Notes under the pieces: generated by a model
Database searches by the model: none
Seen by the model: the letters and a program-made list of their open reading frames with translations, nothing else
Told to the model about the DNA's origin: nothing
DNA from: Pachysolen tannophilus NRRL Y-2460
Taxonomy: Eukaryota
Direction: 5' to 3'
DNA length: 64,000 bases
Assembly: GCA_001661245.1 (NCBI GenBank)
Contig: KV454017.1
Location: forward strand, 961,903-1,025,902
Made by a program: the position numbers and the translations under genes
Part shown: piece by piece, positions 21,444 to 32,700 of the stretch
How the letters are laid out: every line of letters begins with the position of its first letter
Position numbering within the stretch: the stretch's first letter is position 1

Positions 21444-22983
21444 TTTTTGTTTTTGTTTGTTCGATTGTTTGATTGTTGGTTAAATTAATTCAAGAAAAGA
21501 GTGACTAATATTTATATATATAAAAAAATTTATCTCAAATGAATGAATGAATAAAAAATTTTTTGTAATAAATAACGAATGACTGAAGTTGAGTAATTGA
21601 AAAGAATCTCTTTTTCTCTTGTCTCAATATCTGTGTTTGAAAATAGTTTCTAATTGTTTCTATTATTCTTTCTTATCTAATACTAATAAAGAAAAACTTG
21701 TTGATGATATTTACTCACTTATATAACGTTTTTTTGGAAAAGATTAATAAATGAACTTGATCTCTGTTTTTGCCTTTTTCGTTTGGAAAGTTATCAATTT
21801 CAAGAGTATTCAATTAAGAAGATGGTTTTAAACTAACTTCAAAAATGGAGTACATGCAATATTATGCGCGATTGTAATCGCTTAATGTATAGCGGCGAGT
21901 TTTCTAAATAAACTAACTTCCTAAAAGGGAAAATGTCCAATTTGCAAAAAAAAGAAAGAAAAAAAAAAACTTTTTCGCAAAAACCCAGCCATTTTTTTAC
22001 TTTTTCGCTGAGACCAGCTGAGACCATTCAAGAGCTGCTGGGATCTGCCGGGAGAGTGGGCAGACATAGAGGAATTTTAGTAGCGGTAACAGCTGGAAGT
22101 ACTGCGGAATGAAGTTTTACCAGACTTAATATCAAGAGGACCTAAAGAAACAGATTCAAAAAATTACTTGATGGCACTTATAAGTGCCACAATGAGTAGA
22201 GGAAAGGAAAGACAATAAAGGTTATGAGAAAGTTGTTGGTGAATGAGGTGGTTCAAACAATTGAAAGACTAGCTGATTTATTTTAATTTCAATTTCATAT
22301 CTTAATCGATGAGCTCAGCCGTAAAAGAGCTGGATCTGTAGAAAATAACTTAAAAAAAAACAAAAAGAGGAAAAGATCAGCAAATTGAAGCATTTTTTGT
22401 TATTTACTTTTCGCTTAGAATCAAAGTTTGAGATATCGAGTCAGAAACTTCAAGTTGGATCAAGAAGTTTTATTGTATTTATTTTTTTATTTTTTATTTT
22501 TTTTTCTCGTACATAATGCATGAGGTGCTTACTACTGGTTTTTTTAAGGAACAGAAAGGGAATATGGTTAAAACATGCAAAAGAAGCAATAAAATCTTAG
22601 ATCAGATCAAAAACATACCCAAATGAGCTCCACGAGTTTATTATTTTGATCTCTCAGATCAAAGATCAAAGTTTTAACTGATTTAGAGAAAAAGAAAATA
22701 CAGGTTTTAAGTATTCCATTAATAGAATGTTTCCTCAATCTTTTTCTTTTTTCTTGATGCCAAATAAAATAATCAACATAAAACAAACCCACATCTATTT
22801 TCAGCAAAGCTGGTTAAAAGTAAAAAGAGAAAATGAAAAAAAAAACTAAAAGTAACCCAAGAATTAAAAGTCAATAATTAGAAAAAAAAAAACAAAACAC
22901 TATTTAGCAAAACTTTTTTAGAATCAAGTAAAAACAAAACAAAAACTAAACCACAGTTGAAAAAATTAAATATAAATATGTTT

Positions 22984-24914
22984 TTATTCTTCTTCACTAA
23001 CTTCTTCGTCATCTTCGTTGTTACTATCTTTGTATAATGGAAAAGATGACAGATCTTTCAAGTCAGTACGGCTACTGGATGAAATATCAAACTGTTTTTT
23101 GGAATTTGAAGTATTCTGAATATTATTGTTCCCATTGCTGTTGCTTGTGGAACTGATTTCATTCATAGATCCAGTATTTGGTGTAGAAACAGGTGTAGGA
23201 GTAGCTGCCTTTGAAGAGCTCCTGGCTGAGTTATATTTGACTCTTTTGTTTACTAGATCTTTCATACTTATAGGTCCTGCAAAAGATTCACTGGTTTCAA
23301 AAGAATCAAAATCAGTGTCTTTAAATAATGGCTTTTTTGGTTCAATATCCTGGAAAATTAAGGTATCAGATTTGCTAAAATTTGAACTTTCATCTTTATC
23401 CACTTCCCAATCGTCTAAATTTGTCTCTGCCCATCCATCGTCTTCTTCAATGCTGTCATGATAGTCCTTATTAACGCTTGTATTAGGAGTGGCAGCATTA
23501 CGGCCTGTTGCTACTGCTGACGACACAGACTTACCTGCCGACTTTGTTGTCAAGTCCGCATTCAAAAGAGGAGGCGGCGTTGTTTCATCTTCTAATGCTT
23601 CTTCTAATTCGTCTGCCAACGATCCCAAGTCATCATCATCATCCTCATTCTCATCATCATTATTTTTATTTTTCTCTTGTTCAGTTTTGCTCACAACAAG
23701 GGGTGAATTATTTCTATAATTATCCTTTTTTAAATCTTTTGGAAACCCAGAAAGAGCTGGTGTTAGTGCCTTTGAAACAGGTAATCTCTTTGAAGCTATT
23801 GATGATACTGTTATTGAGTTCTTTCCATTATTGTTCTCTTGGAGTTGAGTTCCATTACCACCTTTATTTAAATCTATCTCATCCACATCTTGATCATTTT
23901 TAGAAGCAATAATATTTTGATTTCCATGAACAACAATAGGTTTTGGTTTTGGTTTTGGTTTTGTTTTTGGTTTTGGTTTTTGCTTTGTCTTTGGTTTCAT
24001 AGTAGTGTTATTATTTTCTAAAGTTGCCACGGTTGTCTTATTTTGCTTTTGTTTCTTTGCAATATCCTGTGATTTAATATCTTTTGTATCTTTTATGTCT
24101 TTTGAATTTCCTTGTTTTGTGCTCCATTTTCCATTGGTATCATTGTTCCCCAGCAATTGCAGTGGAACTTGGTTCTTTTTTTCAGTTTCTTGTCTTAAAT
24201 TAATATTGAAATTAAGATTCATTTTTTGTAAATGACGTTCTGCTTTTTGATATTCAAAATTGATTTCATCTAATTCTTCAAGATGTTTCAACAATTTATC
24301 AACGTTTCTCGACCTATTCATTCGTATCAAGCCATTAAATTTTTCTAATCGAAAATTTTTCAGTACTTCATCGTAGATCAACAAGTACTCATTATTATTA
24401 TTATTATTATTAAGGTTATTGGAAATTATACTACCATTTGTAGTTGAAGTTGAAGTTGAAGCTGTTGAAGCTGTTGAAGTTGTAGATGCAGTTGTAGTTA
24501 CATTATCAACCAAAGAATTCGAATTAGGAACCGATGATGTCGGATTTATCGAACTGTTGTTCAACTTTCCTTCAAACATCAATGGATCATGGTGCGGCAG
24601 AGAAGTCTCAGCTTTTAAGATAAAACTTCTTTCAGAAGTAGTAGTATCCTTAACCAATTGGAAAGGAAGCTGTTCATCAATTGACTCAGGAACAAATCCA
24701 ACTAAAAAAGAAAATTTTTATTTTGTTGTTATCAAACAAAAGTATACTATTAGTTCAAGTCCATAAAACAAAATGAAAAAGTTTAAAAAATCGATTTTGA
24801 CTTACATCTTATACCAAAATTTTCTCCACTATTCGTATCTTCACTTGCCAATAAAGCAGAAATATCAATATCGAATTCTTTATCCGATACAAATAAATCG
24901 GGTCCTATCGACAT
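22984..24914 (-). CDS. ELL-associated factor (EAF)-domain protein, 2 exons (24914-24806, 24701-22984), 608 aa
   Basis: A GTAAGT..AACTAAT..TAG intron joins in frame to give GIRFGFVPESID..FEGK..EYLLIYDEVLKNFRLEKFNGLIRMNRSR, resembling the EAF N-terminal domain (IRYDFKPASID..CILI....RLEKL); acidic C-terminus ending EVSEEE. Confidence 0.7.
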
Positions 24915-25468
24915 ATTAATACTTCTATTCTAACTTTTATGGTTGAAAATGAATAATTCAATATATTGATTTATATCAATTTTGGAAAATCCCAAAAAAT
25001 AAAGAGTAAAAAAAAAGAAAAAAAAATAAGAAACTATAAGAAATCAAAGAAATACAGCCGATAAAAGTTGTAAATTCTTATTCTTATTTCAAACAAGAAA
25101 CCAATCTAATCTTTATTTCAAAAAACATGGATATGAATAACTTAAAGGTAAAAAAGAAAAGCAGAAAGAAAGAAAGAAAGAAAAGAAAAAAAAAAAAAAA
25201 GAAATCCTTACTAAAGAGGTTGCGCTTTGAAGTTACAAAGATTAATTTTAGTCGAATTTAGAAGGTAGTATTGTATCATTATTGAAAATTAATTTTAAAT
25301 ATTACATTAAATAACAGATTTCAATGTCGTCAATAATTACTCAATAAGTATATATATATATATATTATATAGAGAAGAAATTTATAAAAGTAAAATCATT
25401 CACAGTTAAGGATTTCATGCCTTTTCACCCACCTTTTTTTCCAAATTATTGTTCATTTCAATTAATTT

Positions 25469-26312
25469 TTAATTACGTAAAGCTCTTAATCTTTCAGTTA
25501 ATTTATCATCATCTTCTTCAGATGTTTTAACTTTTGGTAATTCTTCAAGATTTTTAACGTTTGTATCATTAAAATTTTGTTTTAATTCCAAACCAGCTTC
25601 ATCAGCAATTTTACTCATTAATAGATCAACTTCTTCTTGTGGTTGATTACTTACATTAATATCATTAGTAACACTTTCATAATACTGTGTTGAACTATCC
25701 AAATCTTCAAATTGTTGTTCAAATTTATCCATTACTAAAGCTATTTTTTCTAAATTCATTGTTTGTAATGCTTTATCCATTCCTTTAATAACACCAATCA
25801 TATTCCCAGAAACTGCTCTCATTGTAACTGCAGTTTGAATACGAGATGCTACAGAATCAATTCTAGAGCTTAATTTTATTAAATTTAATTTTTCATTAGC
25901 TTTTCTAATAGCATTTTGTGCATATAATTGTGCAACTTCAGTATTTCCTTGAGTTAATGCTTTTTTAACTTTATTTTTCTCTGCTTGTTCTTCTTTACCA
26001 GCTTTAGCAGCTTGTCTTGTTAGCTGTTTTGCTGTAAACTAAAATAAAATAAAATAAAAAGAAATTAATAATTATGTTAGTAATTTGATCATTACTATGA
26101 TTAATAAATCTATAATTTAACAAAGCATATGCTCATCATTTTTACTTACTTTCAACTGAAACAACGATTCTATAAAAAATAATTAAAAAAAAAACAACAC
26201 ACACACACAAGAATTAGTTAGTTAAATACAAACTTATAAAAAACATAAAAAAATAAAAAAAAAATTTATAAAATATCAAATATTCAATCAACATACTTTC
26301 CAAGCCTGACAT
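25469..26312 (-). CDS. DID2: ESCRT-III-associated Did2/CHMP1, 3 exons (26312-26297, 26169-26150, 26038-25469), 201 aa
   Basis: Spliced MSGLEK|SLFQLK|FTAKQLTRQAAKA..AQLYAQNAIRK..SRIDSVASRIQTAVTM, C-terminal MIM1 motif LTERLRALRN. Confidence 0.93.
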
Positions 26313-26375
26313 TTCAAATATATCAATATATTACAATCAAATCTGAACTAAATAATAACTCTGTGATTTATTGCA

Positions 26376-26414
<39 letters not shown>

Positions 26415-26767
26415 AATATTTAGCTGATAAGAGAAGAAAACCTTATATTATTGATAGTTGTGGAAAATGAATTTTTGGTTAGGTGTGCACAAAGAGCCAA
26501 AAAACCAAAAGAAGAAACCGCACTCAAGTCCGCACTTTATATCGCAAGAAGCGCACTATTATACGTTTAAGAAAGCGCAAGTAATTAGCAGCGCAATTTT
26601 TACAATGCAAATGCGGAAGAGCAATGCAAATTGGTATCATTGAATAGTACCACCCATATATATATAAACCAGCAATTATGGAAGAGAAGAATATGAATAA
26701 ATTTTCAATTGAGTGAAAACATTAATTAAATCAAGAGTAATATATAGGTTTTTGTTTATTATTAGAA

Positions 26768-27607
26768 ATGGGGTATCCGAATCCTATTGGTGGAATTTCA
26801 AGGAAACTTTCGAATGATGTTTTCATTCATTCTTGTAGGTTCACAAGAGTGAATTTTTTACAATTTGGTGCTAGAATGTCAGTTATTAAATTACCAGATG
26901 ATAGTTATGTAGTTTATTCTGCTATTCCTTATAATAAAGAAATGATTAATAGTTTCAATGAATTAGTTGGTGATAAAGATTGGTTATTAAAAGTTCGATA
27001 TTTGGTTATTCCTGATGTTGCACATACAATGGCTATTACAAGTTATAAAGATAAAATGTCTGAAAATGTCAAGATAATTGGAATGGAAGGTTGTAATAAT
27101 ATTGTGGATTCGATGATTAATATTAAATTGAATGAAAAATTTGCTTATAATGTGATTGAAGATGATGAACAATTTCAAAAATTGGGACTTGATAAGAAAA
27201 ATGATGCGGCTTTTACTGAAAATTTTAAAATGCTTTATATGCCAAAACATCCAAATAAAGAATTGATCTTATACCATGGAAATTCCAAAACTTTATTTGA
27301 AGCTGATTTAATGATGAATTTAAGAAATAAAAAATCAATACCAGATGATAATAATCAATTTAATGAACAATTTGGTGGTAAAAATGTTCATACTGGAATT
27401 AGTTACCTTACTGGGTACATGAACCCTACTTCCAAAATAGGAATTGCTGCAATGACAAAATTAATACCTGTATCTGATGAATCTAAATTATTTTTTAAAA
27501 ATTTGAATGGTTTAGATATTGAAAAAATTGTTATGAGCCATGGAGACGTTATTGAGCATGGTGGTAGTAAAGTTATTAAAGATCTTTTCCTGAAATTTAT
27601 CAATTGA
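26768..27607 (+). CDS. DUF4336 / metallo-beta-lactamase-fold protein
   Basis: [51 protein letters not shown]. Confidence 0.75.
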   Translation: MGYPNPIGGISRKLSNDVFIHSCRFTRVNFLQFGARMSVIKLPDDSYVVYSAIPYNKEMINSFNELVGDKDWLLKVRYLVIPDVAHTMAITSYKDKMSENVKIIGMEGCNNIVDSMINIKLNEKFAYNVIEDDEQFQKLGLDKKNDAAFTENFKMLYMPKHPNKELILYHGNSKTLFEADLMMNLRNKKSIPDDNNQFNEQFGGKNVHTGISYLTGYMNPTSKIGIAAMTKLIPVSDESKLFFKNLNGLDIEKIVMSHGDVIEHGGSKVIKDLFLKFIN

Positions 27608-27745
27608 AAAAAAAAAAGTAAAAAATAAAAAAATAAAAAAAAGAAAAAAGGGAAATTTTTTTTTTTTTTTTTTAATTTATTTAAGTAGTCTTTTTTAGTG
27701 GTATATATATATAAATATATATATAAAAGACAAAATAAATATTTT

Positions 27746-28989
27746 ATGGTCATGGATAATAATGATCTTGTAGTAGTTAGCGAAGGGGAAGCAACAATTT
27801 TTTATCCACCAAACAATGCAAGGTTAAAGTACAATGCATCTGAAATTTTTAGTAGAGATTTGAGTTTACTTGTTATTTCAACATGGATGATAGATAATAA
27901 GATCAATAAAAAAAAAATAATTTTAAAATTTTAGATTTTTCAAGTGGGAATGGATTAAAAAGTATTAGATTTTTTAAAGAAATACCTATTGATTTTAAAA
28001 TAACTATGAATGATTTTTCTAAAGAATCATGTAAATTAATTTCTAAAAATGCAAATTTTAATAAACTTGATAATTTTAATTATGAAATAACAAATTATTA
28101 TAATATTGAAGAATTTAATGAAAAATTTGATATAATTGATTTAGAAATTTATAATAATTCACCTATAAAATATCTTGAATCTGCCATCAAGTTATTATCA
28201 AATGAAAATGGGTTATTACTGTTAACTTTCCCAGATATGGGTATATTAGCAGGAAATGCTTATTATGATAATTGTTTTGCAACATATGGAAGTATTAAAT
28301 TAGGTAATAATGATGTTACACATGAAAGTGCAATTAGAATTGTATTAAATACAATTAATTTAATTGCATCAAGGCATAAAAAATTTATTGAACCGATGAT
28401 TTCTGTTTATAATAATAATTATATTAAAATTTATATTCAAATTATTAAAAATCCTTTAAAACTGAAAAATAATCTGATTAAAAATTCAATGATGACTTTT
28501 AATTGTATAAATTGTGGATTTTTAAAAAATTATTATAATTATTATTCATTAAATAATAATAATAGTAATAATAATAATTTATTTGAATTTAAATTTCAGT
28601 GTAATTATTGTAAATCATTAATACCAAAAATGACAGGTCCATTTTGGGCAGGTGCTATGCATAATTCAATTTTTATTGAAAAACTTTTAACAATTTATAA
28701 TAATAATGATTTAAATTTAAATAATTTACAAGTTATTAAAAAAATTGAATTAATATTAAAAGAATTAAAAGAAATTCCCTTTTTTTTTAAACCTTCAACT
28801 TTAGCATCAATATTAAAATGTCCCAAGACACCTTCATTATTACAATTTTCAAATCGTCTTGAACAATTAGGTTATAATGTTTCACCAACACATTGTCTGT
28901 CATCAGCGCTAAAGACAGATGCACCTTGGGAAACCGTATGCACAGTGATGGAACAATTTAAAGCAGAAATTATAAATTACGAAAATTAA
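27746..28989 (+). CDS. Divergent Trm1-like tRNA (guanine-N2)-methyltransferase; frame broken at A10 run 27908-27917
   Basis: Upstream frame VSEGEATIF..FSRDLSLLVISTW; the -1 frame continues KILDFSSGNGLKSIRFFKEIP..MNDFS..FDIIDLE..GLLLLTFPDMGILAGN..HESAIRIVL..CINC..CNYC..GPFWAGAMH..GYNVSPTH..LKTDAPW, the Trm1 motif order. Confidence 0.8.
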
Positions 28990-29513
28990 AATTACTCAAT
29001 TACTTGAATTTCACATATATATATTTATATATATTTATATATATATATATATATAAATATATAAATATAAATACGTATTTCATTAATTGTATGCACAAAC
29101 ATGTAGTCGGCAATTGTTCGGAATTAGCTGAAAAAACAGAAATTATTCCGTGAACGCACGACCTCGATAAAAATACTTTTTTTTTTTTAAAGTTTTTTTT
29201 TTCCCTTGTTCTTTTGTCTCGCTGTTTGCGTATAGTTCATGGGTCTTTTTAACGGCGGTTAAGCTCTAAATCAAGCGACCCATCCGTAAACTATACCCAA
29301 TATAATATATATATATATAATTAATTTTATATGTTAAATATACATCTTTATAGTTGAATATTCTGGTTTTTATAAGTTCTATACTGATTCTTGAGAAGTT
29401 AATTACTTTTTTTTAATATCAATTGGAATTAGCGCCTTTTCTTTTTTTATTTGCTTTTTTAAATTCTTTTTTAGTTCTTTTGTTCTTTTGTTCTTTTGTT
29501 CTTTTGCTTTCGT

Positions 29514-29514
<1 letters not shown>

Positions 29515-29575
<61 letters not shown>
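29515..29575. repeat. Paired long poly(dT) tracts upstream of DNF1/2
   Basis: Two T runs of roughly 30 nt separated by AAA; preceded by (TTCTTTTG)n and followed by (TA)n. Confidence 0.9.
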
Positions 29576-29580
<5 letters not shown>

Positions 29581-29659
29581 TTTAATTTTTTTGACCGGCT
29601 ATTTCATTTACGTTTTTCTTTTACTATATTAAATTATACAATACCTATTATACTTATAC

Positions 29660-29691
<32 letters not shown>

Positions 29692-29742
29692 ATTTATTTA
29701 ATATTCATTGGGCTATAAGGTGTTGAGAGGGATGGACCAAGT

Positions 29743-32700
29743 ATGTCGTCTCATGAAAGTAATAGAAAAATATCGTCACCATTTGCCGATAATGATGACG
29801 AATTCAATGATATAAAGTTTAATGAGGAAGATGAGGACATGTATTATATAAGCAATGACAATAGCGGTAGTGGCAACGGCGGTACAAACGGCGGTACCAA
29901 TGGCGGTATCAACAACGGCGGCTCTACCGCCGTTGCAGCGACAGCAGTTAATGGATATGATAATAATGGCCATACGTTACCCAAGAACCGTACGAAAAGT
30001 ATATTGAAAAAACCTTCCAATATATATTCTCCAAAAAGTCCGCTTTCTAGAAAAGGTAGTAATGCTCGTACTCGTACTCCATCTTTAAAGAAACAAGATG
30101 TTTCAGAGTTATCATATGAGACAAATGATGATTTACCAATTTCATCAAGAAATTCATTTGATAGTATAGGTAAGACTCCAGCTTTAAATACTAAAAATAG
30201 CGCTCATGCAAGGTTTCAAATTGATGATATTAGTAATGAAAATATATTTGATGATTCAAAGACATATTTAAAAAATGATATAGAAATTGGAGAAGAAAAT
30301 GATGATTTAAATGATTTAGATAAACCTATTCATTTTGATGGTACTACTCATTCAGGTCATCTTGGTAGAAAAGAAACTTTTATGAAAAGGCATAGATGGG
30401 GTACTCAAAGAAATAAAAAAGGTCTCCCAATAGGAAGAAGTAAAACTTTTAAATGGCATAGAAATCAATCCATACGTCATGCCTTACATGCAACATCAAC
30501 TCCTCATAATCTGGAATCCGATTCTGAAGATGAAGGAGATTCTAGAAAAGATGAATTCAGACAAGTATATTGGAATTTACCACTTCCTCTGGATTTATTG
30601 GATGATAAAGGTGATCCAATAACACAGTATAGTAGAAATAAAGTTAGAACTACAAAATATACTCCATTAACATTTGTCCCAAAAAATCTCTCAAATCAAT
30701 TCAAAAATATTGCAAATGTATATTTCTTAACCATGATCATATTGGGTGCTTTCAGTATATTCGGAGTGCCTAGCCCGGTTTTATCAGCAGTCCCGTTGAT
30801 TGTTATTGTTTGTATAACAGCTATTAAAGATGCAATAGAAGATTCTCGTCGTACTGGATTAGATATGGAATTAAATAATACTCCAACACATATTTTGGAA
30901 GGTGTTTTTAATCCAAATTGTTTAGTTGATAATGTTTCAATGTGGAGAAGATTTAAAAAATTAAATTCGAGGTTATTGTTTAAATTCATTGCTTTTATTA
31001 AACAAAATTTAACTTCAAGTGGGAGATTAGAGAAAAAGAGAAATGAATTTCGTAAAAAACATGGTCAAATAGCAGATTCTGCTCCTAAAAATTCATTTGA
31101 TAGTACAGAAGAAACTGCAAGAAAATCAGTACAATTAAACAATTTATCTGGAAGTAATAGTTTAGATAATAATCAAGATGATCCTTTCAATGGAGCAGGG
31201 GAAGAAATAGGTGCATCTCAAAAATTGAAAAATCATGATAATACTAAACCTTTTATAACTCATGAAGATGTATTTACTGACGTTCAAGCAAGATTTAAAA
31301 GAGATATGTGGAAAAATGTTAAAGTTGGTGATATTGTTAGAGTACATAATAACGATGAAATTCCAGCAGATATGATCATATTGGCCACTTCTGATAGTGA
31401 TGGTGCTTGTTACGTGGAGACAAAGGATTTAGATGGTGAAACCAATTTAAAAGTTAGACAGGCATTAAAATCATCATCAGGTGAAATTAAACGTGCAAAA
31501 GATTTAACAAAGGCAAAATTTTGGATTGAAAGTGAAGGTCCACATTCTAATTTATATTCATACCAAGGTAATATGAAATATTATGTTTCTGGAGATGAAA
31601 CAAAGGAAGAAATTGCTAATGAACCAGTTACAATAAACAATACATTATTAAGAGGTTGTACTTTGAGAAACACAAAATGGGCATTAGGTATAGTCATTTT
31701 CACAGGTGAAGATACGAAAATTAGATTAAATGCAGGTATTACTCCAACAAAACGTTCCAGAATCTCTAGAGATTTGAACTATCCTGTTTTGTTAAATTTC
31801 TTATTATTATTCATTATTTGTTTTATTTCAGGTTTGGTTAATGGTATATATTATCGACATGATAATGTTTCAAGAACATATTTTGAATTTGGTACCATTG
31901 CTGGAAGTCCAGCAGCAAATGGTATTGTTGGGTTTTTTGTTGCCGTTATCTTGTATCAATCTTTGGTTCCAATTTCTTTGTATATATCTATTGAAATTAT
32001 CAAGACTGCACAAGCATTTTTCATCTATAGTGATGTCAAAATGTATTATGAAAAATTAGATTATCCATGTACTCCCAAATCATGGAGTATCTCTGATGAT
32101 CTAGGTCAAATTGAGTACATCTTTAGTGATAAAACTGGTACATTGACGCAAAATGTGATGGAATTTAAAAAGGCTACAATCAATGGTATTTCATACGGTA
32201 GAGCGTATACGGAAGCATATGCTGGTATCAGAAAAAGACAAGGAATTGATATTAAAGAAGAAGCTGCTAGAGAGAAAAAGGCAATTGAAGAAGATAAAAT
32301 AGTCATGTATAACCAATTACAAGAAATTAATGAAAATGATCAATTGGATATTAATGATTTGACTTTTATATCGAAAGAATTTGTCAAAGATTTAAAAGAT
32401 GCAGCAAATGGTGATTACCAGAAACATTGTAATGAACATTTCATGTTATCTTTAGCTTTGTGTCACTCCGTTTTAACCGAAGAAGATCCAAAGAAACCTG
32501 GAAAATTATTATTGAAAGCTCAATCTCCGGATGAAGCTGCTTTGGTCAGCACTGCCCGTGATGTAGGTTTTGCCTTTGTAGGTAGAACCAAAAAAGGTGT
32601 TATTTTGAATGTTCAAGGTATCGAAAAAGAATACCAGGTCTTAAATATATTAGAATTTAATTCTACTAGAAAGAGAATGAGTGCTTTAATTAAAATTCCT

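Noticed and set aside
7504..26169. YPT52 and DID2 both have a 20-nt exon 2 and a 570-nt last coding exon
   Set aside because: No sequence similarity between them; treated as coincidence.
27829..27934. An intron as the explanation of the TRM1-like frame break
   Set aside because: No consensus donor or branch point, and splicing would delete the conserved FSRDLS segment.
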